Positions 48,558 to 61,452 of a DNA stretch of 64,000 nucleotides are shown piece by piece. Each line of letters opens with the position of its first letter. The stretch's first letter is position 1. The DNA comes from Eledone cirrhosa (lineage: Eukaryota). The notes under the pieces were generated by a model that searched no databases, was not told where the DNA came from, and worked only from the letters and a program-made list of their open reading frames with translations. Where the stretch lies: positions 160,022,001-160,086,000 of the forward strand of contig OZ024741.1 in NCBI GenBank assembly GCA_964016885.1. Reading direction: 5' to 3'. Both the position numbers and the translations under genes were made by a program.

Positions 48558-51500
48558 ATTGTTGTTGTTGCTGTTGTTGTTGCTGTTGTTGTGGTTGTTG
48601 TTGTTGTTGTGGTTGCTGTTGTTGTAGTTGGTGTTGTTGTAGTTGGTGTTGTTGTTGTTGTGGTTGCTGTTGTTGTAGTTGGTGTTGTTGTAGTTGGTGT
48701 TGTTGTTGTTGTAGTTGGTGTTGTTGTTGGTGAGGTTATTGTTGAGGTTGTTGTTGTTGTTGTTGTTTTGGTTGTTGTTGTAGTTGGTGTTGTTGTTGTT
48801 GAGGTTGTTGTTGTTGTAGTTGGTGTTGTTGTTGAGGTTGTTGAGGTTATTACTGTGATTGTTGTTAATGTTGTTATTGTTGTTGTTATTGTTGTTGTTG
48901 CTGCTGTTGTGGTTATTGTTGTTGTTGCTGCTGCTGCTGTTGTGGTTATTGTTGTTGTTGTTGCTGCTACTGTTACTGTGATTGTTGTTGTTGTTGTTGT
49001 TGCTGCTGCTGTTACTGTGATTGTTGTTGTTGTTGTTGTTGTTGTTGCTGCTGTTACTGTGATTGTTGTTGTTGTTGTTGTTGCTGCTGCTGTTACTGTG
49101 ATTGTTGTTGTTGTGTTGCTGCTGTTACTGTGATTGTTGTTGTTGTGTTGCTGCTGTTACTGTGATTGTTGTTATTGTTGTTGTAGTTGTTGTTGTCCTT
49201 TTTGTTGTTATTGCTGTTGTTGTTATTGCTGTTGTTGTTACTGTGATTGTTGTTTTCGTCGTCGACGTCGTGGTTGTTGTTATTGCTGTTACTATGATTG
49301 TTGTTGTTGTTGTTGATGTTGTTGCTGTTACTGAGATTGTCGCTGTTGTTATTGTTGTTGTTGTTAGTGGTTGTGTTGGTGGTTGTTGGTGGTTTTGGTG
49401 GTTGTTGGTGGTTTTGTTGCTGTTGGTGGTTGTTTTGGTGGTGTCGGTGGTTGTTTTGGTGGTTGTTGGTGGTGTTGTTGCTGTTGGTGGTGGTTTTGGT
49501 GGTGTTGGTGCTGGTTTTGTTTGTGGTGGTGATGGTTTTGTTGCTGTTGGTGGTGGTTTTGGTGGTGTTGGTGGTTTTATTGCTGTTGTTGGTGGTGTTG
49601 GTGGTGTTGGTAGTGGTGGTGGTGGTTTGGGTGGTTGTTGGTAGTGTTGGTGGTGGTTTTGGTGGTTGTTGTTGGTGGATTTGTTGTTGTTGGTGGTTTT
49701 GTTGCTGTTGGTGGTGGTTTTGGTGGTGTTGGTAGTGGTGGTGGTGGTTTTGGTGGTTGTTGGTAGTGTTGGTGGTGGTTTTGGTGGTTGTTGTTGGTGG
49801 ATTTGTTGTTGTTGGTGGTTTTGTTGTTGTTGGTGGTGGTTTTGGTGGTTGTTGGTAGTGTTGGTGGTGGTTTTGGTGGTGGTGGTGGTGGTTTTGTTGT
49901 TGTTGGTTGTTTTGTTGCTGTTGGTGGTGGTTATGGTGGTTGTTGGTGGTGTTGTTGCTGTTGATGGTGGTTTTGTTGTTGTTGGTGGTGGTTTTGGTGG
50001 TGGTGGTGGTGGTTTTGGTGGTTTTGGTGGTTTTGTTGTTGTTGGTGGTGGTTTTGTTGTTGTTGTTGGTGGTGTTGTTGCTGTTGGTGGTTTTGTTGCT
50101 GTTGGTGGTGGTTTTGGTGGTGGTGGTGGTGGTGGTTTTGGTGGTGGTGGTGGTGATTTTGTTGTTGTTGGTGGTTTGGGTGGTGTTGGTGGTGGTTTTG
50201 GTGGTGGTGGTGGTGGTGGTGGTGGTTTTGTTGTTGGTGGTGGCTTTGGTGGTGGTGGTGGTGGTTTTGTTGTTGTGGTGGTGTTGTTGTTGTTGATGGT
50301 GGTTTTGTTGCTGTTAGTGGTGGTTTTGGTGGTGTTGGTGGTGGTTTTGGTGGTTGTTGGTGGTTTTGTTGGTATTGGTGGTGGTTTTGGTGGTATTGGT
50401 GGTGATTTTGGTGGTTGTCGGTGGTGTTGTTGCTGTTGGTGGTGGTTTTGGTGGTATTGGTGGTGATTTTGGTGGTTGTTGGTGGTTTTGTTGGTATTGG
50501 TGGTGGTTTTGTTGGTATTGGTGGTGGTTTTGGTGGTTGTTGGTGGTGTTGTTGCTGTTGGTGGTGGTTTTGGTGGTGTTGGTGGTGGTTTTGGTGGTTG
50601 TTGGTGGTTTTGTTGGTATTGGTGGTGGTTTTGGTGGTATTGGTGGTGATTTTGGTGGTTGTTGGTGGTGTTGTTGCTGTTGGTGGTGGTTTTGGTGGTG
50701 TTGGTGGTGGTTTTGGTGGTTGTTGGTGGTTTTGTTGGTATTGGTGGTGGTTTTGGTGGTATTGGTGGTGATTTTGGTGGTTGTTGGTGGTGTTGTTGCT
50801 GTTGGTGGTGGTTTTGGTGGTGTTGGTGGTGGTTTTGGTGGTTGTTGGTGGTTTTGTTGGTATTGGTGGTGGTTTTGGTGGTATTGGTGGTGGTTTTGGT
50901 GGTTGTTGGTGGTGTTGTTGCTGTTGGTGGTGGTTTTGGTGGTGTTGGTGGTGGTTTTGGTGGTTGTTGGTGGTAGTTTTGGTGGTTGTTGGTGGTGTTG
51001 TTGCTGTTGGTGATGGTTTTGGTGGTTGTTGGTGGTGGTTCTGTTGCTGTTGTTGGTGGTTTTGGTGGTGTTGGTGGTAGTTTTGGTGGAGTTGGTGGTG
51101 TTGTTGCTGTTTGTGGTGGTTTTGTTGTTATTGGTGGTGGTTTTGGTGTGGTAGTGGTGGTGGTTTTGGTGGTATTGGTGGTGATTTTGGTGGTTGTTGG
51201 TGGTGTTGTTGCTGTTGGTGGTGGTTTTGGTGGTGTTGGTGGTGGTTTTGGTGGTTGATGGCGGTTTTGTTGGTATTGGTGGTGGTTTTGGTGGTATTGG
51301 TGGTGGTTTTGGTGGTTGTTGGTGGTGTTGTTGCTGTTGGTGGTGGTTTTGGTGGTGTTGGTGGTGGTTTTGGTGGTTGTTGGTGGTAGTTTTGGTGGTT
51401 GTTGGTGGTGTTGTTGCTGTTGGTGATGGTTTTGGTGGTTGTTGGTGGTGGTTCTGTTGCTGTTGTTGGTGGTTTTGGTGGTGTTGGTGGTAGTTTTGGT

Positions 51501-54500
51501 GGAGTTGGTGGTGTTGTTGCTGTTTGTGGTGGTTTTGTTGTTATTGGTGGTGGTTTTGGTGTGGTAGTGGTGGTGGTTTTGGTGGTTGGTGGTGGTGGTT
51601 TTGTTGCTGCTGATGATTATTTTGTTGCTTTTGGTGGTGGTTTTTGGTGGTTGTTGGTGGTTTTGCTGCTGTTGGTCGTGGTTTTGGTGTGGTAGTGGTG
51701 GTGGTTTTGGTGGTTGGTGGTGGTGGTTTTGTTGCTGTTGATGGTGGTTTTGGTTGTTGTTGGTTATTTTTTTGCTGTTGGTGGTGTTGGTGGTGGTTTC
51801 GGTGGTTGGAGGTGGTCTTGTTGATGTTGGTGGTGGATTTTGGTGGTTGTAGGTGGTTTTGTTGCTGTTGGTGTTGGTTTAGGTGGTTGTTGGTGTCTTG
51901 TTGCTGTTGGTGGTGGTTTTGGTGGTTGGTGGTGGTTTTGTTGCTGTTGGTGGTGTTGTTGCTGTTGGTGGTGGTTTTGGTGGTGTTTATGGTGGTTTTG
52001 GTGGTTGTTGGTGGTTTTCTTGCTGTGGGTGGTAATGGTGGTGGCGGTGGTGGTTTTGGTGGTGTTGGTGATGGTTTTGGTCGTCGGTGGTTTTGTTGTT
52101 GCTGTTGGTAGTGGTTTCGGTGGTGTTGGTGGTGGTTTTGGTGGTGTTGGTAGTGGTTTCGGTGGTGTTGGTGGTGGTTTTGGTGGTGTTGGTTGTGGTT
52201 TCGGTGGTGTTGTTGGTGGTTTTGTTGCTGTTGGTCGTGGTTTTGGTGGTGTTGGTGGTGGTTTTGGTGGTTGTTGGTGGTTTTGTTGCTGTGGGTGGTA
52301 ATGGTGGTGGTGGTGGTGGTTTTGGTGGGGTTGGTGGTGGTTTTGGTGGTCGGTGGTTTTGTTGTTGCTGTTGGTAGTGGTTTCGGTGGTGTTGGTGGTG
52401 GTTTTGGTGGTGTTGGTAGTGGTTTCGGTGGTGTTGGTGGTGGTTTTGGTGGTGTTGGTGGTGGTTTTGGTGGTGTTGTTGGTGGTTTTGTTGCTGTTGG
52501 TCGTGGTTTTGGTGGTGTTGGTGGTGGTTTTGGTGGTGTTGGAGGTGGTGGTTTTGGTGATTGTTGGTGGTGGTTTTGGTGGTGTTGTTGGTGGTTTTGT
52601 TGCTGTTGGTCGTGGTTTTGGTGGTGTTGGTGGTGGTTTTGGTGGTGTTGGTGGTGGTGGTTTTGGTGGTTGTTGGTGGTGGTTTTGGTGGTGTTGTTGG
52701 TGGTTTTGTTGCTGTTGGTCGTGGTTTTGGTGGTGTTGGTGGTGGTTTTGGTGGTGTTGGTGGTGGCGGTTTTGGTGGTTGTTGGTGGTGGTTTTGCTGT
52801 TGTTGGTGGTTTTGTTGCTATTGTTGGTGGTTTTGGTGGTTGTTGGTGGTGGTTTTGTTGTTGTTGGTGGTGGTTTTGGTGGTGGTGGTGGTGGTTTTGT
52901 TGTTGGTGGTCGTTTTGTTGCTATTGGTCGTGGTTTTGTTGTTGGTGGGTTTGTTGCTGTTGTTGCTGGTTTTGGTGGTTGTTGGTGGTGGTTTTGTTGT
53001 TGTTGGTGTTGGTTTTGGTGGTGGTGGTGATGGTTTTGTTGTTGGTGGTCGTTTTGTTGCTGTTGGTGGTGGTTATGGTGGTTGTTGGTGGTGTTGTTGC
53101 TGTTGATGGGGGTTTTGTTGTTGTTGGTGGTGGTTTTGGTGGTGGTGGTGGTGGTTTTGTTGTTGTTGTTGGTGGTTTTGGTGGTTGTTGCTGGTGGTTT
53201 TTGGTGGTGGTGGTAGTGGTTTTGTTGCTGGTGGTGGTGGTTTTGGTGGTGGTGGTGGTGGTTCTGTTGTTGTTGGTGGTGGTTTTGTTGTAGTTGTTGC
53301 TGGTGGTGTTGCTGTTGGTGGTTGTGTTGTTGTTGGTGGTGGTTTTGGTGCTGTTGGTGGTGGTTTTGTTGCTGTTGGTGGTGGTTTTGGTGCTGTTGGT
53401 GGTGGTTTTGTTGTGTTGGTGGTGTTGTTGCTGTTGGTGGTGGTTTTGGTGGTGTTGGTGGTGATTTTGGTGGTTGTTGGTGGTTTTGTTGGTATTGGTG
53501 GTGGTTTTGGTGGTATTGGTGGTGGTTTTGGTGGTTGTTGGTGGTGTTGTTGCTGTTGGTGGTGGTTTTGGTGGTGTTGGTGGTGGTTTTGGTGGTTGTT
53601 GGTGGTAGTTTTGGTGGTTGTTGGTGGTGTTGTTGCTGTTGGTGATGGTTTTGGTGGTTGTTGGTGGTGGTTCTGTTGCTGTTGTTGGTGGTTTTGGTGG
53701 TGTTGGTGGTAGTTTTGGTGGAGTTGGTGGTGTTGTTGCTGTTTGTGGTGGTTTTGTTGTTATTGGTGGTGGTTTTGGTGTGGTAGTGGTGGTGGTTTTG
53801 GTGGTTGGTGGTGGTGGTTTTGTTGCTGCTGATGATTATTTTGTTGCTGTTGGTGGTGGTTTTTGGTGGTTGTTGGTGGTTTTGTTGGTCGTGGTTTTGG
53901 TGTGGTAGTGGTGGTGGTTTTGGTGGTTGGTGGTGGTGGTTTTGTTGCTGTTGATGGTGGTTTTGGTTGTTGTTGGTTATTTTTTTGCTGTTGGTGGTGT
54001 TGGTGGTGGTTTCGGTGGTTGGAGGTGGTCTTGTTGCTGTTGGTGGTGGATTTTGGTGGTTGTAGGTGGTTTTGTTGCTGTTGGTGTTGGTTTAGGTGTT
54101 TGTTGGTGGTCTTGTTGCTGTTGGTGGTGGTTTTGGTGGTTGGTGTTGGTTTTGTTGCTGTTGGTGGTGTTGTTGCTGTTGGTGGTGGTTTTGGTGGTGT
54201 TTATGGTGGTTTTGGTGGTTGTTGGTGGTTTTGTTGCTGTGGGTGGTAATGGTGGTGGTGGTGGTGGTTTTGGTGGTGTTGGTGGTGGTTTTGGTCGTCG
54301 GTGGTTTTGTTGTTGCTGTTGGTAGTGGTTTCGGTGGTGTTGGTGGTGGTTTTGGTGGTGTTGGTAGTGGTTTCGGTGGTGTTGGTGGTGGTTTTGGTGG
54401 TGTTGGTGGTGGTTTTGGTGGTGTTGTTGGTGGTTTTGTTGCTGTTGGTCGTGGTTTTGGTGGTGTTGGTGGTGGTTTTGGTGGTTGTTGGTGGTTTTGT

Positions 54501-56325
54501 TGCTGTGGGTGGTAATGGTGGTGGTGGTGGTGGTTTTGGTGGTGTTGGTGGTGGTTTTGGTGGTCGGTGGTTTTGTTGTTGCTGTTGGTAGTTGTTTCGG
54601 TGGTGTTGGTGGTGGTTTTGGTGGTGTTGGTAGTGGTTTCGGTGGTGTTGGTGGTGGTTTTGGTGGTGTTGGTGGTGGTTTTGGTGGTCTTGTTGGTGGT
54701 TTTGTTGCTGTTGGTCGTGGTTTTGGTGGTGTTGGTGGTGGTTTTGGTGGTGTTGGAGGTGGTGGTTTTGGTGATTGTTGGTGGTGGTTTTGGTGGTGTT
54801 GTTGGTGGTTTTGTTGCTGTTGGTCGTGGTTTTGGTGGTGTTGGTGGTGGTTTTGGTGGTGTTGGTGGTGGTGGTTTTGGTGGTTGTTGGTGGTGGTTTT
54901 GTTGTTGTTGGTGGTTTTGTTGCTATTGTTGGTGGTTTTGGTGGTTGTTGGTGGTGGTTTTGTTGTTGTTGGTGGTGGTTTTGGTGGTGGTGGTGGTTTT
55001 GTTGTTGGTGGTCGTTTTGTTGCTATTGGTCGCGGTTTTGTTGTTGGTGGTTTTGTTGCTGTTGTTGGTGGTTGTTGGTGGTGGTTTTGTTGTTGTTGGT
55101 GTTGGTTTTGGTGGTGGTGGTGATGGTTTTGTTGTTGGTGGTCGTTTTGTTGCTGTTGGTGGTGGTTATGGTGGTTGTTGGTGGTGTTGTTGCTGTTGAT
55201 GGGGGTTTTGTTGTTGTTGGTGGTGGTTTTGGTGGTGGTGGTGGTGGTTTTGTTGTTGTTGCTGGTCGTTTTGGTGGTTGTTGCTGGTGGTTTTTGGTGG
55301 TGGTGGTAGTGGTTTTGTTGCTGTTGGTGGTGGTTTTGGTGGTGGTGGTTCTGTTGTTGTTGGTGGTGGTTTTGTTGTAGTTGTTGCTGGTGGTGTTGCT
55401 GTTGGTGGTTTTGTTGTTGTTGGTGGTGGTTTTGGTGCTGTTGGTGGTGGTTTTGTTGCTGTTGGTGGTGGTTTTGGTGCTGTTGGTGGTGGTTTTGTTG
55501 TGTTGGTGGTTTTGTTGCTCTTGATGGTGGTTTTGGTGCTGTTGGTGGTGGTTTTGTTGTGTTGGTGGTGGTACTTTTGGTGGTTGGTGGTGGTTTTGTT
55601 GCTGTTGGTGGTGGTTTTGTTGGTGGTGGTGGTTTTGGTGTTGGTGGTGGTTTTGGTGGTTGGTGGTGGTTTTTTGCTGTTGGTGTTAGTTTTGTTGTTG
55701 TTGATGGCGAGTTTGTTGCTGTTGGTGGTGATTTTGGTGGTTTTGGTGGTGGTTTTTTGCTGTTGATGGCGGTTTTGGTGGTTGGTGGTGGTTTTGTTGC
55801 TGTTGGTGGTGGTTTTGTTATTGTTGGTGGTGGTTTTGGTGGTTGGTGGTGGTTTTGTTGCTTTTGGTGGTGGTTTTGGTGGTTGGTGGTGGTTTTGTTG
55901 CTGTTGGTGGTGGTTTTGTTATTGTTGGTGGTGGTTTTTTTCTGTTGATGGCGGTTTTGTTGCTGTTAATGGTGGTTTTGTTGCTGTTGGTGATGGTTAT
56001 GTTGTTGTTGGTGGTGGTATTTTGCTGTTGATGGCGGTTTTGTTGCTTTTGGTGGTGGTGGTTTTGGTAGTTGGTGGTTGTTTTATTGCTGTTGGTGGTG
56101 GTTTTGGTGGTTGTTAGTAGTGGCTTTGGGGGTTGTTGGTGGTGGTTTTGGTGGTGGTTGGTGGCGGTTTTTTGTTGTTGGTGGTGGTTTGGTGGTTGGT
56201 GGTGGTTTTGCTGCTGTTGTTGTTGGTTGTTTTTGGTGCTTGGTGGTGTTTTTGTAGTTGTTGTTGGTGGTGGTTTTGTTGGTGTTGATCGTGGTCTAAT
56301 TACTGTTGGTGGTATTTGTAGCTGT

Positions 56326-56389
<64 letters not shown>

Positions 56390-56420
56390 TGTTGTTGTTG
56401 ATAGTAGTGGTGATAGATGT
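48558..56420. repeat. ~7.8-kb GT-rich low-complexity satellite (GTT/GGT/GGTTTT) with nested duplications
   Basis: Plus strand almost entirely G and T; internal periods of ~122 bp, ~413 bp and ~2.2 kb are visible from marker words. Confidence 0.95.
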
Positions 56421-56594
56421 AGTGATGGTGGTAATATAGGTGGTGATTGAACATTACACAACTATATTTTTGTCATGTGAATATTTTACTGGTACTGTTC
56501 GGACGCAGGTCTATTTTCATTGCACACAGTCTTTCGTCAAAGGTACGCCGTCGACACTTTGTGTTTTTCACTGATACAGAACATTCTCGCTTCC

Positions 56595-56697
<103 letters not shown>

Positions 56698-56777
56698 ATA
56701 TATGTGTGTATATATGTATATAATTACAAATACACACACACACGCACGCACACACACACACATACATACGCACACAC

Positions 56778-56922
56778 AAACTTTATTCCACGTTTCTCCA
56801 GTCTACTCTGCTGTAGAAATGTTTTGCACCATCACAGGTGCCAAGCTGTATCGGCCATTAGCTTTCCATTGGACATCATCGGTGGCGTAAAGAGAGGAGA
56901 CTGGTATGCATGGGTGACTACT
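56778..56922 (+). mobile_element. SINE family 2 internal fragment
   Basis: Near-identical to 59550-59692. Confidence 0.8.
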
Positions 56923-56964
56923 ATATATATATATATATGTATGTATATATGTATATATACATAT

Positions 56965-57052
56965 ATATTGTATACACAATTTGATTACCTGTACAGGCAA
57001 TATTTATTACAATGCTGTTGAAGTGTGTATACATTTTTGGGGACACCCTGTA
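56965..57052. mobile_element. Tc1/mariner-like MITE remnant
   Basis: Right end GTGTATACATTTTTGGGGACACCCTG|TA (a CAGGGTGTCCC-type TIR); only TGTATACACA remains of the left arm. Confidence 0.45.
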
Positions 57053-57315
57053 TATATATTATGCACACACGCACACACACATTCTCGACATTTCATTGTA
57101 ACCTTTGATTAGTGTCCCCACCTTTTTTCTTCCCTTAGCTTTCACGTGATCTCATCACAGAATCCCACTCTGCTAATGTGCCCCCTCCTGTCAATCAAAT
57201 TATAGCCACGCCCCACTAGTGATAGATTGAACCAAATTAAATCAAACACATTGATTTCTCATTTTCTATCGAAACGGTAGAAGCTAAAGCGCAGGACAGA
57301 GAATGGTTATATTTT

Positions 57316-57353
<38 letters not shown>

Positions 57354-57774
57354 GTATGTATATATATATGTTCCCACCTACGTATGTGAAGCATCACACT
57401 GAATATCAAAGCTCGACAATCTGAGATTTTAGCCTATCTACGGCATCTTGCAGATCGATATCGATTCATCCTCCTCTGCTATAATAACTATAGAATTCTG
57501 ACACGACTACCATATCTCTTTCTATTTATATCTATCTCTATCTCTCTTTCTCTTTCTCTATCCCTCTCTTCCCCCCTCTCCCCCTCTCTCTCTCTTCCCT
57601 TCTCTCCCCCTCTCTCTCTTCCTCTCCCTACACCCACCCCTCTCTCCCTTGCTCTTTCTCTTCCCACCGCCTCTGTCTCTATCGCCTGCTATTGTCAACG
57701 CGAGAAATTTGGAAATGCCTTCTGACAGGTTGTAAGAGACCAATCATCAGGAAGCCTGCTAAATTTATTATTAA

Positions 57775-58480
57775 ATTGGCAGAATTGGTAGAGCGCCGGA
57801 TACAATATTATACGGCATTTCGTTACGCCCTTTTACGTTCTCAGTTCAAATCCCGCCGATGTCAACTTAACCATTCATTCATCCGGGGTCGATATAATAA
57901 AATACTGCGCTTGATATAATCGATTACTTCTTCCCGCAAAAACAACCAGCTTTGTACATAAATTAAAGATCATTATTGTTATACTTTGGGAGGGTCATGT
58001 TGCCAATATATCGGTTTCAACACACGATTTCAGATAAAGAATCTTGCTAAACAAATTCAGAAACTAAAGATCATTATATCTATATATAAAGGCGGTGGAT
58101 TGGCAGTATCAGTAGAGGGTCGGGCGCCATGCTTTCCAGCACAGTTACGTCCCTTTACGATCTGAGTTCAAATCCCGCCGAGGTTGACTTTACCTTTCAT
58201 CCTTACGGGGTCGATAAAATAAAGTACCAGTAATGCACTGGTAATTGCTGGCCTTGTGCCTAAAGTAGAAACAATTATATCCATATAGGGCGGTGGATTG
58301 GCAGTATCGATAGAGGGTCGGATGCCATGCTCTGCAACAAAGAGTTACGGCCCTTTATGATTTGAGTTCAAATCCCCGCCGAGGTTAAGTTTGCTTTTCA
58401 TCCTTACGGGGTCGATAAAATAAAGTACAGGTAATACACTACGATAATTGGTGGCCTTGTGCCAAAAGTAGAAACAATTA
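57775..58480 (+). mobile_element. Cluster of SINE family 1 copies (one old diverged copy, two full-length tandem copies)
   Basis: 57775-57975 is diverged; 58090-58278 and 58289-58480 both start GGCGGTGGATTGGCAGTATC. Confidence 0.9.
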
Positions 58481-58499
58481 TATATATATATATATTTAT

Positions 58500-58617
58500 A
58501 TGTAAAGAATCAGGACCCCGACAGCTGAGCTCCGGCCGTCTCGACAGCTAGATCCGAACCGTATTGATTACTCTGGTGCGTTATGGTCCACCTGGTATCT
58601 TACCACACCCTCTTTGT

Positions 58618-58618
<1 letters not shown>
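58500..58618. repeat. Hairpin-family dispersed repeat (copy 3, one arm missing, opposite orientation)
   Basis: GACCCCGACAGC.GAGCTC..GCCG and CTCTGGTGCGTTATGGTCCA are shared with the reverse complements of 22074-22270 and 28068-28259. Confidence 0.7.
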
Positions 58619-58648
<30 letters not shown>

Positions 58649-59451
58649 TATATATTCTCTGGAACACACTTTCTTTCCTGCTGTCATGTGATTGTACACC
58701 TGTGAACTGTATTTTGAACATTTGAATTTTGAGCTCTTCTCTTACTTTGATTACATTGTATCTTTGGGTGGTGGATAGATAGATGTCCAGTCGTTCTCCG
58801 GCCACGAGCGGTTGGCTACCTTCATATCTATCATTGATTTTTGCAAACATTATTTTTTTTTCGTAATTTTCATGCCTGTTACAACATTCTCGCCAACTTA
58901 CTACATACATATTTCATTCGATTTTTATATTATTAAAATATGGTGGGAGGTAATGTAGCAGGAGTTGCCTCCCTTGTTGTGACACTCACATCACCAATAG
59001 ATTAACGCTCTCTAAATAGGAAGTAGAACCCTTTCTGTAACTTCCGGCAGAACCCTATAAAACGAATAACTTTCAGCTCCCTTTCTCTCATTTGCCTTTT
59101 CGGCTCCTGGCCTTCGGCCAGCCGTCTTCGGACAGGCGCGTTCGCCTGGCAACCAAAACGGTAACTAATAACTTTGCTTCATTCTTTCATCTATTCATTG
59201 ACATGACAACTATACTGTTCTATATATCCACAAATTGTTAATTAAATGTTATACACACAAACCACGTATCATGTTATACTTATATAACCCAGTATTTTTT
59301 TATACACGTTTAACGTTTCTCTATATATTTTGTTTTAATAAAGAAGAATCTTCTGAAAGAAACAGCTAAGGTTATGAATATTCTATTGTTTTCAGATATC
59401 ATTTAAATAGTATGTTAGTGTTTATTTTATTGTCGATGATGGTGATGCTAT

Positions 59452-59795
59452 GAAGGTTTGTGGCTTCGTGGTTAGAGCATGGGCTTGCAGTCAGGAGGTT
59501 GTGAGTTCGATTCTCGGACCGGGTGATGCATTGTGTCTTTGAGTAAGACACTTTATTCCACGTTGCTCCAGTCTACTCTGCCGTAGAAATGTTTTGCACC
59601 GTCACAGGTGCCAAGCTGTATCGGACATTACCTTTCCATTGGACATCATCGGTGGCGTAAAGAGAGGAGACTGGTATGCATGTGTGACTACTAGTCTTCC
59701 ACAAACAAACTTGCCCAGACTTGTATCTCGGATGGGAACTTTCTAGGTGCAAATCCCATGGTCATTTGCGACCGAATGGAGTCTTTACGCTTTGC
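59452..59795 (+). mobile_element. tRNA-derived SINE family 2, full length
   Basis: A-box GTGGCTTCGTGG, B-box GTTCGATTC, central GTGTCTTTGAGTAAGACACTT domain, short-repeat tail. Confidence 0.8.
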
Positions 59796-60130
59796 ACTTT
59801 ATTATCGATGGTTTAGCGTTGATATTGACATTCCAACCATGCATCTACTTACATCGCTGCAGTATCTTTCATCGGTGGCATTCTTGTCATAACTACCTTG
59901 TTTGTAAATGTTTATCTAGGATTACATTATTCAGGATTTCTTTAAGAGAATAGAATGTAGATTGGTTGCTATTTCTAACAGGTTCAGCGACTTTATAAAG
60001 ACTTCACATCCAAATGAAAACAAAATACATAAAAACCAAGCATATATATATATATAAATGGAATAGAATGAAACGAAATTTCATTTCTCACTCTTAGTAC
60101 GGCACTTACTTAAATGTACATACATATATA

Positions 60131-60216
<86 letters not shown>

Positions 60217-60407
60217 CTTACACACGAACTACTGACCAAATAATATTTGGTATCAATTGGTTAAAGACATCTGTCAAATCAATTAGTGGTGAAGGAGGTG
60301 TACACACACACACACACATATATATATATCCACATACACACATATATATATATATGCCCTTTACGCTCAAATCCCACCGAGGTTAACTTTGCCTCTCATC
60401 CTTACGG

Positions 60408-60750
60408 ACGATTTTGATAGGTGGCTTATAAGTATGATTTTTCATAAGATGAACGATATCCTGGCCTTGGGTTCAATCCTGGTCAAGAGGTACATGTAAC
60501 CTTTTTCAGTTTTTATTTTACAACCCATAGAAAAAAACTGAAAAGGTTTACCGAGAACCCTTCTCCCCACTGCGATCGAACTTCAGACCAGAATCACCAC
60601 CGTCTATGATTCCTCCAGCTGGGCCGCAGAGACAGCTATAATAGTATAATGAAAATTGATAATTATAAACCTTCTTTCAAAATCAAAGTTACAAAAATGT
60701 GGTGTCGTTCATGGCTTTCCTAGAACTATTAGTAATATTTACCGTCGACT
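60408..60750. mobile_element. Palindromic element with tRNA-like arms, truncated copy
   Basis: Diverged direct repeat of 61520-61904. Confidence 0.65.
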
Positions 60751-61049
60751 TGTCAATCTTCTGGCCCTTTGGTAACAACCGTATTATTCCTAAGTGTGTT
60801 TAGCTGTTGAATTAATTTAATTTGATTATTTTACCTAACAAATAATATATATATAGAGATAGATAGATAGATAGATATATAATGCCAATCATTGTAAGTT
60901 CGAACCTGACATGCAAAAACATATATATATGAATAAAGTAACCCCAAATCATAGTAGATTCAAATATCACAGAGAGAAAGAAAGAGATAGGGGGGAATGA
61001 GGTGCAACAGAAATGAAACATGGATTACAGGTTAAAATATAGTCTAGAT

Positions 61050-61392
61050 CAGTGCTTCTCAAACTATCTGATGTGGCGGACCGGCATTTTTTTTTCAATG
61101 TGCCACGTACCGCTAATATTTCGTAGTTTATATTCATTTATACCGGAAACGAATATAATGAATATAATAAATATAATAAAAGTTGACCATTTTTTATCTT
61201 CTATTTATTTTGTAAACAAATAATACAATATCAAAACATATAAAAAAGTAATTAAAAAAATAACAAGCAGTTTATTAATACAAAATAAAAATTATATAAC
61301 CTTAATCTTTACTAGTGTGAAAGGCCGCGTACCGGTAGCTGATGGCTCGCGTACCGGCACCGGTCCGCGGACCAACACTTTGAGTAGCACTG
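61050..61392. mobile_element. Non-autonomous hAT (Charlie-like) DNA transposon
   Basis: TIRs CAGTGCTTCTCAAA / TTTGAGTAGCACTG; 8-bp TSD GTCTAGAT at 61042-61049 and 61393-61400. Confidence 0.92.
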
Positions 61393-61452
61393 GTCTAGAT
61401 AGATGAGAAACAAAACGAGGGTGTAGTTTATGGAACATCCAAATGATTTAGA

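Noticed and set aside
48591-56334. Dozens of Val/Gly/Trp-rich ORFs, and possible Thr/Pro-rich mucin-like frames on the minus strand
   Set aside because: They are by-products of GT low complexity; repeat periods such as 122 and 413 bp are not multiples of 3, and no frame is maintained.
58617-58910. 97-aa minus-strand ORF possibly from a GIY-YIG remnant
   Set aside because: The resemblance is too weak to call without a profile search.
58954-59394. Possible solo LTR (TG...CA with TATA-like and AATAAA motifs)
   Set aside because: No TSD or second copy is visible, and the boundaries are arbitrary.
58090-59520. tRNA genes
   Set aside because: The A/B boxes belong to SINE heads; no complete cloverleaf is evident.
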